Origin: a virus
Lineage: Duplodnaviria; Caudoviricetes
Direction: 5' to 3' (one strand)
Length of the DNA: 64,000 nt
IMG/VR virus record: IMGVR_UViG_3300024272_002379
Part shown: one piece after another, positions 30,601 through 42,300 of the stretch
Position numbering within the stretch: the stretch's first letter is position 1
How the letters are laid out: the number at the start of each line of letters is the position of its first letter
Made by a program: the position numbers and the translations under genes
Notes under the pieces: generated by a model
The model's database searches: none
The model's input: the letters and a program-made list of their open reading frames with translations, nothing else
Told to the model about the DNA's origin: nothing

Positions 30601-33304
30601 GAGCACTTGCCATTATAGAAGCTATCTTATTATCCCAGTTAGGGTCTGTAGCATACTGATGAACATTATTGTTCCATCTCATAGAGTGCAGTGTCTTCTG
30701 ATTGTATTTACCATTATAGTAATTTTTAGCAATCCATTTTGCACCTTCTATAATGCCAGCTTTAAAATTATTGAATGAATATGCTGATGCATATGGGCTT
30801 GCATCAAATGCGGCAATTCCAAAATAGTTGTTTTTCTCTCTAGCTATTTTTGATTTACCCCAGCCAGTTTCTTGTGCTGCATGAGCAAGAATATACCGTG
30901 GGTCTAACCCACTCTCATTTCCAGCTTGGATAAATATTGCCCCTTGTCCAATAAATGGAGAATCGGATGGTGCTTTTGAAGCAATCCAGTCATTCATTTC
31001 TTTTACTGAGATAGGTTTCCACTTACCAAGGTCTTGTCTTTTAATTCTTTCTATTGATGTTGAACTTCCAGAAGTAGTAGGGGAACCGATAAAAGCTTTT
31101 GGTCTTAAGCATATTCCGTTGTTAAAATATAGATTACTTATTTTTACTCCGCCCTCTGGATAAGGTGCATCGTTAGATGCATGAATAACTTGATTAGACC
31201 CTATATATATAACAGTATGGCTTTTATCGCTTTTACATAAAATATCTCCACGTTTTCGTTCTGAAAAATCAACTTTTTCAAATAAATCATCATCTACCAT
31301 TGAAGCTACGGTAAAGCGACCATGACTAGAAGGCAGTACTCCTATCTTCCTAAGCAAGTACGTGATATATCCAGAACAGTCAAAAGTTGGTTTACCTGTT
31401 GACGGGCTTATAGCACCCGATGCTCCCCATTCATATTCACATCCGATAAATGTATAGGCTAGAGAAATAAATTGCTCTATGAGGCTGGAATTGCCTCCCT
31501 CGCCTGAATAATTTGGGTACACTTCTGATATTTTCATTTTAGAAAATGCAGACCGTTGTTTTGGAGTATACTCATAATAACCCTCACCTGCTTCTTGCTG
31601 GAAAGACATATACGAACAAGGGTAAAATACATAGAAATCTGGGTCAACAAAAATGTTGTACTCTATAGAACTTCTGTCAATATCTTTCATATAAGCAACC
31701 CCATTTGATACGGTTACATCTATATTATTTTCTGGATTGGCACCATGTATCATACCAACTGGATTTGTTGGATACTCATTATAAGGAAGTGCTGTTAGTC
31801 CTTTGCGACTTCTAAAAGTTTTACATTTTTCTATAAAAGTATTTACTTCTTTATAAGTTGGAAGATGTAAATCAGGATATACTTCCATGGATGTTCTAAT
31901 TTTCCACTCAGCGTAATTATCCTGCTTGATTTTGGTAAGCAGACCTGCCATGGATTGTTCAATAGTTTCATCACTATATCCGTCTTCACCATTATGTACA
32001 TGGTCAGGATAAAAATCATTGTCAGCACATTCATCACAATCAAATGGTCTAAACCCATGAAGATTTTCTCTTTCTGATTGAGCAATATCATAAGCAACAC
32101 ATTGCATTTGGACACTATACAGGCCAGGGAAACCTGGAACAGTATTGGTGGTTACTGACTCAATCATTACAAATAGAGAACCTGTAAATTCTACAAGTTC
32201 TGATTCTAATTTTACAAATCCTACAGAACGTAATTTAATATTATTTCTAGTAAGTAAGTCATTAGCTACTTGGCATTGTTCCAGTGCTTGCACTGTTGAA
32301 TAATCCGTTGTCTCAAACGCAATATTGTAAATTGTATCCATGCCACCCATGAATTGTACTGTAGGAGATGAAGAGTCCGACAATTGAATATTAGTTAAAA
32401 GATTAGAATAGCCACATTGGAATCCTGTAATTACAACATCTGATTCATTACTATCCAACCAAGTAACGTAATTAGTTGTAAGATTGCCATTTTCGTCATA
32501 TCGCACTTTCTTTGTGTCACACACAATTTCCAACATATTTGCTTTTGTAGCTTCTTTTGATGTAAATACACTACTATCTAAAATACTAATTTTAAATCTA
32601 TTGTGTTCTTTATTAGGCGGTAAGCTTTGAAGTTTTTTGTAATCATGGTCTTCAGTCAAAAAGCTTTGATAGTAAAATCTAAACAAATCCCAGTCAATCA
32701 TGTATTTAAAACATACGTCTGGCATTTCAATATATGGAAACATGTTAACTTCCTGCAATGTAATTTGAGCTGTCATTGCGTTAGGAAAACCTTGTATGGT
32801 AGACATTGTAATTGACTGTAATGCAACTGTGAAAATACCATACATACCATTTATCAATTCATTAGATATTGGCAAGAACGGAGTGCATTTAAATTGAGCC
32901 AATAACTGTCTTAATCCATCTACATAATAGTCACCTTCTGGACCATCTACTTTATAGCCATTAAGTTGTTCTATACCATTAAACACCAAATCAATTAAAA
33001 TAGTTCTTTTATGATATCCAGCTTTCATTTTCTGAGTATTTTCCTGTCTCAAAGTAACAATACTTTGAGACGTTGACTCAGAATTTACCATGATAAATTC
33101 AGGAGGTATCATGAAATATGTATCACCTATTTGTAAATTGTATGTGTCATATAAGTATCTATGTGAATACGGAACATTATCCATTGCATCCAATGGTTCA
33201 ATACGTCTTTCGTCTTTAATTCTGGAAAGCTTATCAAGCATTTTTAATCCAGTTTCCGTATCTTTGATATTTATAATTTCTGGAGTGTTAAAAGTGATTC
33301 CCAT
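27608..33304 (-). CDS. baseplate hub / tail lysin with NlpC/P60, GH73 glucosaminidase and SleB-like (Hydrolase_2) domains
   Basis: YEWGA...FDCSG...SHTVIY; ILAHAAQETGWG...NNYFGI...YATDPNW; RVVMAETQGE...GQFEP...GSHTF; hub motif RIHLRMGYGS. Confidence 0.88.
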   Translation of the reverse strand: MGITFNTPEIINIKDTETGLKMLDKLSRIKDERRIEPLDAMDNVPYSHRYLYDTYNLQIGDTYFMIPPEFIMVNSESTSQSIVTLRQENTQKMKAGYHKRTILIDLVFNGIEQLNGYKVDGPEGDYYVDGLRQLLAQFKCTPFLPISNELINGMYGIFTVALQSITMSTIQGFPNAMTAQITLQEVNMFPYIEMPDVCFKYMIDWDLFRFYYQSFLTEDHDYKKLQSLPPNKEHNRFKISILDSSVFTSKEATKANMLEIVCDTKKVRYDENGNLTTNYVTWLDSNESDVVITGFQCGYSNLLTNIQLSDSSSPTVQFMGGMDTIYNIAFETTDYSTVQALEQCQVANDLLTRNNIKLRSVGFVKLESELVEFTGSLFVMIESVTTNTVPGFPGLYSVQMQCVAYDIAQSERENLHGFRPFDCDECADNDFYPDHVHNGEDGYSDETIEQSMAGLLTKIKQDNYAEWKIRTSMEVYPDLHLPTYKEVNTFIEKCKTFRSRKGLTALPYNEYPTNPVGMIHGANPENNIDVTVSNGVAYMKDIDRSSIEYNIFVDPDFYVFYPCSYMSFQQEAGEGYYEYTPKQRSAFSKMKISEVYPNYSGEGGNSSLIEQFISLAYTFIGCEYEWGASGAISPSTGKPTFDCSGYITYLLRKIGVLPSSHGRFTVASMVDDDLFEKVDFSERKRGDILCKSDKSHTVIYIGSNQVIHASNDAPYPEGGVKISNLYFNNGICLRPKAFIGSPTTSGSSTSIERIKRQDLGKWKPISVKEMNDWIASKAPSDSPFIGQGAIFIQAGNESGLDPRYILAHAAQETGWGKSKIAREKNNYFGIAAFDASPYASAYSFNNFKAGIIEGAKWIAKNYYNGKYNQKTLHSMRWNNNVHQYATDPNWDNKIASIMASAPFVSGVSNNSYTLTTAEFESICRVVMAETQGEPSFTEKAVAQVIYDRLTHKDKKFGGLSNILNASGQFEPPYSGELNSTVEDNVKAVFCENDKMWPNYQAWYFLTPSDTNATYKNRSDNYTRIGEVGSHTFWGSASQGSNVKYDIVDSSSTGDASSNSNVTENTVSYDTVTLEDAGRFAEPVLVETDAIVYDEGWNFWKNGTAKTNAKEHLNSGLNIFNTSFCDEYQYSGRGRLVRAFPTYLFCILDDNAQWYDGRKLWTNYYIHRSIVDIAVHATNDMPTETATIVITNSYHNLDRTQGGLSNYSIANDEGYGNLTRLFYKHTGMLLGFGPKLTDKLIKLNQVIYDHAKLREGARIHLRMGYGSDPLSLAPVMNGHISDVALGDQISIVVTSDGHELIQHITSAAEKDTNDGFLGLFGLFEEQESSNIISNIMCARQSWFNYLHKDTFEGSKYSIEHFGLYFNENAMSILVGAATGAIGYAAIGAAIGSMIPGAGTLIGLGVGALIGLTLTDFLSEGNTITIADLWNGYQEQYDILKNVYKADYSREHYIYTDFLGADWEKNFVFNKYNMTPWDVFQVCTQQVPEYIVKPSYHQFDSRIYFGLPFWMEKYRYDYLNKKVYEECKASTQAHILDSMSNIIDNQIRVTSKFSNTNIKVMYTLGDSPVSTKVLHSDDTIDFAYQKTTILDTPISQDALGPDKILEFLGYNIGEEAAKRVGISNLLHGWQQQYQGQIILMGMPGIKPHDYIMISDSFAQLYGVALVREVVHSFNVNTGFTTSVTPGMIGFDTQETSGMIITCQNLLMLLNCFSSYIETRRQIRNNYEQYLTIFSNFEIINNKMNSTVLKHSIINGALSLENMVFLAYYRKTAFTVAKNLKNLAKAGEIADTFKDALKGAKGVKQIYNGIKAATTTIAGAVTGGVGAVVGFIAWTLVDILISDFLEWIDNKNVCVLLPLWWENYPFVAGVKGGEKILLMNNNATATEENIKGNATDNPDFD

Positions 33305-33319
33305 AATACCTCCTGCTTT

Positions 33320-36300
33320 CTATGTTAATTCTGCAAATTTATTTGCTAACCAGTTATCGGTTACTCCACTCATATCTGATTGACTGTATACTGATGACTG
33401 TCCGCCACCAGCCATTCCGATAAGTTTAGCATTGTTTCTGTCATCAATGTAGTTTTTTGTTTTTGCTGATACTTTAAATTGTAGTCCACTTTGTTTATCA
33501 TGATATACAACTCTTTGTTTAGAAGCTGGAGCTTGTGCAACAGGAGCTGTCATATCAGGTTCTCCATTGCCACCAGGTCTTCTAGCTGGAGTTAGTGGAG
33601 ATTGGTTTTTCTGATTGTGAAGTATGTTATTTGCAATACCAATTGCTGCTAAAGATGCTACCGTAATTCCTACCGTTTTCATAGGTATTTTACTTACCGC
33701 TTCTTTTGCCGCATCAAAGAAAGAACCACGTAACGTATTCTGCTTCATATTGTTTTGCATTTTTTGATGCATCTTAGAAGCAAGGTTTGCATCGTTAATT
33801 ACTTTATTTGCATCTGCCAATATTTTTCTATGGTGTGCTATAACTTGTTTTGCTTCGGCAGAGCTTGCAGTATATATTCTACCGCTATTAGATGAGTTCT
33901 TTCTAAAATCATATGCTCTTAATGCTCTTTGTGTTCCCAATACAGCATCTGCATATAAGCCTGTCGCTTTTCCTTCGGCAATAATATCGCTAATGCTCTG
34001 CTGAATACGCTGAACATCTTTTGGACTTAGTGATTGGAATTGAATACCCATGTACTCACCAAAACCAACAACAGACGTACTGCTTACTCTATCCCATTCA
34101 AAAACACTAGCCATTTGTTTCGAATCTCTAAACAAACCGTATATTTTCGCTTGTGTTTCTGCTATCAATTTGGAATTGGATGCTTGTAATGCTTGTCGAA
34201 TCTCTCCAAGAGAAGAGCCTCTTGTATTTAATGTATCTCTTAAAGGTCTTACTAAATCTCCTTGAGATAATTCTTCTGCTGCTTGAACATATTTTTCTAT
34301 TTCAGCAAATGACTCTAATAACTTTGATTCTTCACCTATTATATCATATAGACCTTTATTTAAAAAGTCCAAAGATTCGTCATATAATTTTTTACTAAAG
34401 TCTCCAACATTAGTTCTTTTCTGTACAGCTCTAGCCCATTCTTCAGCTCCTCCGCTTGCAGATATAAGTCTTTCTTGAAGTAGCATATCAATAGAACTAT
34501 TAGCATATTTATCTCGATTCTTAGCTATATCAGCATTTAATTGTCTAATTAAAGCATCTACACTTACTCTGCCAGATGCATTAGTAGTATACTGATAAGT
34601 CTGAGCCATTTCATTAATGCTGTCTAATATTTGCTGTCCATTACCTTTAAAAAGACCATTAATGTATTCATAACTAGTTACATTAAATGCCATTTTATCT
34701 ATTTGTGCAAATCTAGGGTCAAAACTTTTAGCTATAGAACCGTCTGCTCCTAGTAATAACGAATTCAATGTTCTGGCTATTTTACGTTCAGCTATATTAC
34801 TATCAGCGATTGCTCGTATTTGACTATTATTTTTATATTCATAAATATTAACGCCAGCACCAGATTCTTTATTAAGTCCAAAAAAGTCTAAAGCTTTGCT
34901 GTTAATTGAGGCTATATTTTTTCCTTCGATTGAAAAAGTTTCACCTGTTTCTTCCAATGTGCTTAAGCTCACTTCTTTGAACATAGCTCTTTTAGACTTT
35001 CCAGAACCCTCAAAACCTGCATACATATATCCTCGGTCATGAGCATCGCCTAAGTCACCTGGTCGAATATATAAAGAATTTTTATCAAATAATATATGTG
35101 TATCACTTGATGCGTCCATAAAAGCTTCTCTAAATGCATTTTGGATTGTGCCATAGATACTACCTTTGTACTCTCCACGATGAGACAGGTCAAGTATCAT
35201 TCTCATGTAATCATCTAATGAGCCTGTATTAATACCTCTGTTAAAAATAACATTGGCACCTTCTAAGTTAGATATATCATACAAACCTCTGAACCATTTT
35301 TTATATATTATTGTCTCGGCGGTTTTTTTATCTACCTTTGAAATCTGTTTATCAAAATCGCTTCTAGTGGTAGACATGATTTCTTGTATAATACTCTTTA
35401 TCTCATCATCGCTGGCTTTAAATAAAACATGATTACTTGCTCGTATCATATTTTCAAGTCCCGCAGCTTTCATTGCTGCTGATGTATCTCTTAAGCTAAA
35501 CATTTGATTTAAGCCAAATGACCACTTAGAAGTTTCAGCAATGTTAAATGCATCAATTAAATGCTTTACGTCGATACCTTTCTGCTCTGTGATGCCAGTT
35601 AAACCTCTGGTTTCAGTTCGCATATTGGACATATCGTTTAATATTGATGTATACTCTTCACGTAATTCATCACTAAACTTAGGGTCATTTACAAATGACA
35701 GTATGGTTTCACGCAAATTAAAGTTTGGTGTGGAAATTGCACCGATATTACTTTTACGTAATGCAGGGGTTAAGGAAGCTTTTATTGAGTCAGCATCTGT
35801 AAGAGTATTGAATCCAGCTCTTTCCCATGCTCCTGTCATAAATTCCGAATGATTAGCTGCATCTAAAAAAGCATCATCTATATCTCTAACGTCTGTATAT
35901 GCATAACCTCTGTCGTCCATGTACGCTTTCACAGCATCCCAATATGCATCTTCTTTGAACGATTTAAGCATTCCAGCAAGAGCATTACCTGTGTCATTCA
36001 ACATATCTTTCTGGAAAGCTTTACCTTCTTCTATCATATTAGCGATAATTTCAGTACCGTAAGTAATACTCTTTTTGTAAGATTGTAACAAGTTATCGTA
36101 TCTATCTTGTCCTATCTTGCCCATGCTGTTACCATCGAGTACTAAATGTAAAAACGTGGTATCACCGTCAAAGTCAACATTTGTGTATACAGACATTGCA
36201 GGGTTTAAGAAACGAATTTGTCTATCCTGAATAGTCCTATCTAATAATACGTTTACGGCAGGCTGCCCTCCAAATACAGGATAACGTAAGTGTTCACCTA

Positions 36301-39300
36301 GTAAACCAACTGTTTCTACGTATTTTTTACCTATCTCTTCAAAGGTTCCAAAGATGCTAGTTAAGGACCCATTTGCAATGCCTCTATTTACATCTCTAAT
36401 GTCAAGCATTGAACTACCAGTTCCAGTATCACCATACAATTCTGTTATTTGTCTGTTTAAAGTTTTTGTGATACCAGCTCCGCCATTTTCAAGCAAATCA
36501 CTATCTGCAATATGGATTCCGTCTATGTCTAACGCATTGATTCTATCAACTACATCTTTTACTTCACTAGGCATAATGGAGAATCTATCCATACCTGGGA
36601 TTGAATATTTGCCTTTTGTACTTCCTTCAAAATCAGCAACAATATCCATACCTGCTTTTCCAAAGTCAAAACCAAGGTCTTTAAAACCTTGTTCTCCTAT
36701 TGCAACCGCATTATTGTAATATTGTTTTCCATCTATAGTTACAATAGAAGCATCACGTAATGTTCTATTTTGAATAGAAGATAGTGGGCTAAGAGTATCT
36801 GCATTTCTTACTTCGCTATCTGCAATTCGAGATAGTTTGGTTCTAATTTCAGCATCTAATTTTGAAAGCTTATTAATATTTTCAAGAGAATCTTCGCCAT
36901 TATGAATAGCTTGTCTTACACTATCTCTTTCTGCAATTAATTTTTGTACGTCATCGCTAAGCATAGAGTCTATAATCGCAGGAGTTTCATCTTGAGCAAG
37001 AAACTGACCAGAATTTGGTAATGCGTATCTACCAAACGCTTTATACATGTCAGAATCTTTTTTCATAATAGCAATTTCGCTATATAGTTGCTGAGCAAAA
37101 TTCTTGTAGTACTCAGACATTTTACCACGCATAGAAGGATTCTTCGCTGCTTCAATCATTTCATTAAAGAAACGAGTAATATTCCTATGCTGGTCCATCA
37201 AGAATTGGCTATCATCTAAGTGAGTTGTAACATTCTGTCTAGGAATTAAAGCACCTCTATATGTTTTTGTATCTTTACCTTTTCCTATTGTTATTTCTTC
37301 TCCAAAATCAAAGAAGATACTGTAACTTTTAGCATCAGTTAATTCAACATTTTGACGTTTAGCTAATGCTTCCAGCCAAGCCGCAGGTTTGCCATCAATA
37401 TCAAAAATGAAATCTTGAAGGTCTTTTACTCTTGCATTCTTTGGAACGTTTTTACCATTCATCAAATCTTGCATTGTAACAGTAACAATATTATATTCCT
37501 TAGGGTTGAAGCTTGCTGGATTTGCATAATAAGCAGAAGCTTCTACAATGCCACGAATGCTGTCTTGATTTGCCAATACACCTCTATTATATCGTCTTAT
37601 TTCACTTATATTGTTTTTCGATATGGCATCTGCTAATTCTTGTATTGCTCCTAAGTCATCACTTAAGAAACCAATACCCTTCCCAACGTCTTTTGACATT
37701 GCATATTCTTTGGTTGCGTCAACATATAAATCATCCCAAGAGCGACCACTTCCACCAACTATACGACCATTAACTCCGTCAATAATACCATCTGTTCCAC
37801 CTGATAAATATTCTTTATTTCTAATACGAATACTTTGCTCAAGTCGCTGGTCCATTCTAAACATGTTACTTAAGTGCTCATTCATATGAACTCTTTGTAA
37901 TGGACCATATATGATGTTATTCTCTCTATTGTATTGAAGTAATTTAGCAATTCTTGAATTAATAACATTACCATCTGTATGTGTTGTAATGTATTTTTCC
38001 AATGCTGTAATTGCTTCAACCATGTGAGCTGCGTTAGTGTTGTCAACAATAAATGTTTGACCGTTATCAGCAATATCTAAAGTCCAATCTTGGAAGTATT
38101 TATATAAACCATTTGACTTATCTTGAATGATGTTCCTTAAATTATCCAACTTACCGAATTTAGCATATTCGGCTTCGATTGTGTACCAAGTAGACCATGA
38201 GGCATAATTGTTATTATGCTTTGATGCAGCAATATTTCCAGCAACACTTGCATTATCGAATATATACTGGAACATTCCATGAGCATATTCCATGGCTTCT
38301 TTTTGTGTACTTATACCAGTATAGCTCATAAACGGTTTCATGCTAATTGTATGAGCAGTAGCTTTTTCTGAGCCAATCATTGTTTTAACGTCACTTATAG
38401 AAGCGTGTTCTGGTATTACATATGTACTTCCCTGTTCAAGTAATTCTTCTATATTCTCAAGGCTAAATTTTGCTTTAGGTCCTCTATAATAAATAGACTG
38501 TCCGCTTTCTGTTACAGCTATAACAGTATTACTGTCTAAATCTTTATATGCTAAATTTCCAAGTATTTTTCTTGTCTTTTGCTCGTCAATGTTGTTAATG
38601 TTAAAACTTACTTTTTTAGCATCAGGAGACTGGAAGAAATCTTGATTGCCTAATAGGGGGTCGAGAAACCATTTACCTTCGTAAACACTACTTAAATCCT
38701 CACGCATATACTGAAGAGTTGCTCTTGCTTTATCAACATCAAGACCCAATGCTTGAGCGATACTCTCTATATTCTTTTCAGCATCACGATATTTTAACTG
38801 TAAATCAATATCACTTATTTGTTTAAAGCGAGTTGTGATAGCTCTTTGCTGTGTATCAAAAGGTAATCCATCTGGAGTAAGTGTTGTTTTCCCAAGCTGC
38901 TGTCTTATACTATATTCTGTTGGAGTTAATGATGTAGGTCTTGCCATTATATACCCGCTTTTCAGTGGGTCATCTACTATTTCACCTTCTAAAGCTTTAA
39001 CATCTATTTCCCCAAGACCAAAATACATAGGTCTATTTTGCTGTGTATAAGTAGGTCTCATAGTACTAAATAATCCAGCAAGATTATTAAAAGCACCAGG
39101 TTTAATAAACGAAATCAACCCATGATTTATAGCAGATTCAGGTAGTAACTGATTAATATAAGGAATTGCTCCTTCAAAAGAAGATAATGCTTCAGCAACA
39201 GATTTTGTATAACGTTTATTATCAGAATCCATAGCTACTGCGTCTTGCATTAGTCGGAAAATACTTTTATCAAAAGACTCTGGTGTATACCCAATATCAT

Positions 39301-42300
39301 CAGGTATATAGGAACTTATTTGCATAGCAGAATCTCTCATTACACTACCATGGAATAGGTTCTTAACAAAAAATTCATTAAAAGCGTTTGATTCTGTAAT
39401 AGCTCTAAACTGTGTGACATTTTTAGCTTCTCTTAAGTCCGCACTTACTATATGCTGCTGCTCATTGAAAATATAGAGCATTTGTTGTATTGGATTGAAA
39501 CCTGATTCCGAATATGTTTCTGCTATTTCACCAATTAATGTCTTTAAACCAGTTACATTCATTTCATATGCATGTAAAAAGTCAGCAGGGTGGTAATTTG
39601 CAATACGTTCAACTCCATTGGCTGTCACATATCCTCTATAACTTGATGGAGATGATAGTTCCTTAAGTTTTGCATTTTGAGTTCTACGAATAGCTGATTG
39701 TGCTTTCTCGAATTCATCATTTAATACGAATTCAATTGCTTTTCCTCCAGCTATTCTATGAGCAACAAGTAAGTCTTCAGCACCCGATTTTATCATGGCA
39801 CTTACTTTTCCATTTTTTGAGTATACGTCAAAAATAGGATTTAAAAACTTTTCTATTCTTCCTTGATTGATAGACGTTAATGTAGCTGTATTTCCTGTAA
39901 TGCCATGTATAGCTTCTGGCATTGAATCACCTAAACTAGTTTTATTTATTCCATACAGTTCTTCTACGGCTCCATGTCCTTCTAATGCACTACTTAATGT
40001 ATGATAATCTACATCATCATTTAAGCCAGAAAGAATTTGTACCACACTATTGCTGTGTTTTTTATTGGTAAGTACTACAAAAGCGTTGGAACTATTTTCT
40101 GGCAGCAAAACGAATGACTGCAATCCTTTTTTAACGTTTTCAGGTGAGTTAATTGCGTAAGGAGCGTAATAAGATTTTCCGTTTTTCTTGTAATGAGATG
40201 AAAACATTTCCTCAACAATTGTTTTCTCATCAGTGCTAAGATTTAATTTACGAGCAATTTTGTTGGAAACGCCATCATGCATGGTTCCTGTATAAAATGA
40301 CATAGAAGTTACATCAGATAAAGATTGTGTAATTCTATCTTCAATAGCTTCTCTGACTGCCTTTTGTCCGAACAAAGAAGACGCCTGATAAAATTTTTCA
40401 CCAGACTGATAACGATAGCGTGACTGAGCACCTGTAAGTAAATTATCAACAATAGATTGCAAGTTCTTATTTGCAATTCTTATATCTGAACCATCAGCTA
40501 GAATTTGTCTATATTCATCTATTGCATTTGATGATGTATTAAATCTATCTGTAATACCAACTAACTGACTTGCTACATCTACAAGAAAACCATTGATGCC
40601 AGCATTTGGCTGGAATGATAAATCTATGCTATGTTTTAAAGATGTTACTTGTTCAGCAGTAATCAAACTTCTTGCTGCTAAGTTTTCTACGACAGAACCT
40701 GCTTCTTGAGCAGTCATGCCATTGAATATATTTCTAAGACCAGGTATGGCACTATCTACTGATTGTGCATTGATTCTTTTAAGCTCATTACCAACTTGAA
40801 CGTCAATACCAAATACGTCACTTAATCCATAATGGGCTTCTTTTGGGGTAAAAGCTATATACTGACTCGTTAAATAATCCATAGTACTATCGTAAGCTTT
40901 TTGTAATGCAATTGTCTTTGTAACATTATTTGCATTACCCATTGTACTATCAATTTGATTAACGATATAGCTAAGAATGTCTTTTTCCTGGCTTAATCTT
41001 TCAAACATACCAGCAAATGCTTGTTCTTGATAAGTACTTCTAAGTGGGCTGTTAGACACACCATGAAGACGAGAAACTAATGCTGGTCTCGCTTTTTTAT
41101 TTGCAAAATCTTCTAATCCATCTAATTCCTCTACAAAACTTAGATATCTTTTTAATCCTTCGAAACCATATTCATCGGTTCCTTTATTTGCACGAACTGA
41201 TAATGGGTCAAAAAATTTTGCGTATTCTCTTCTGCCTTTATCGAGATAGCCCATTACATGCTGTTCGTTAATTTGCTTTTGTGTAACTGCACTATCAGAA
41301 ATCCATGTGGTATTTTTTCTTAAAAACTCGATTGCTTTATCTGGAGTTTCAAACTCTTTATGAATTTCTATAGATTTATCGGCAGGGTTAATAAAGCTCA
41401 AAATAAACTTTTCTTGAGCTTCTCCAGTACTTCCATCTATTACACTTGCAAACCCTGTCTTTTCTGTATTCACTCTCCAATATTCATTACCCATAGAATA
41501 TGACTGAGGAATAGGGTCTCCTGCTATTACAGCCATATCAGATGTAGACTGGTCAATGTATCCTCTATTCATTAAGAATAATGAACCATTTAAATCTACA
41601 TTGTACGCTCCAATTGCATCTCCATTGCCAGTCATTTCTAGTAATGAATCAATAAAGGATTTATTACCATTGTAATGACGGGTGAATATAATATCTCCTT
41701 CGTTTACTGTATCTTCACTACCTATATGTAACTGACTTCTGTTCATGCGTAATGATTCCATGATACTTTCAACAGAAGCAGGTCTATCTGTATCAGATGG
41801 AATAATTCCATGCATTGCATCTGTAAAGCTCAATACAGATTGGCCTTTAGCGGTAGCCATTGTACGAACAGCATTTACAGCGTCAATTGTATTTTCATAT
41901 ATATGTCTAAAGTTAACACCTTGGTTAACCTCTAATCTTCTTGATGTCTGTTCTAATGCAGTAATATCAAATATATTATTTGCTCCTGCTAAAGCAGATG
42001 TATTAGAACCAACAGCATTGTTTATATATGCTGTTAATTGGGGAATGATAGCTTCAGGTCTCGCTCCGCTATTATAAAGTGTCTGTAATCTATCAGCACC
42101 AATTTTCATAATAGCTGGATTCATTGATGATTCGCCAAGTCTATTGACTGTCCAATAATGACCATCTCCAAGAACGGTATCATTTCTACTGAAAAATACG
42201 TCATGGAATGTTGGCAGGCTACCAATTTTACTAACTCTATCAAGAGTTACTTGTTCTGCATTAGTTAAAGCATCCCATCCAGATTTTTCATACTTGCTTA

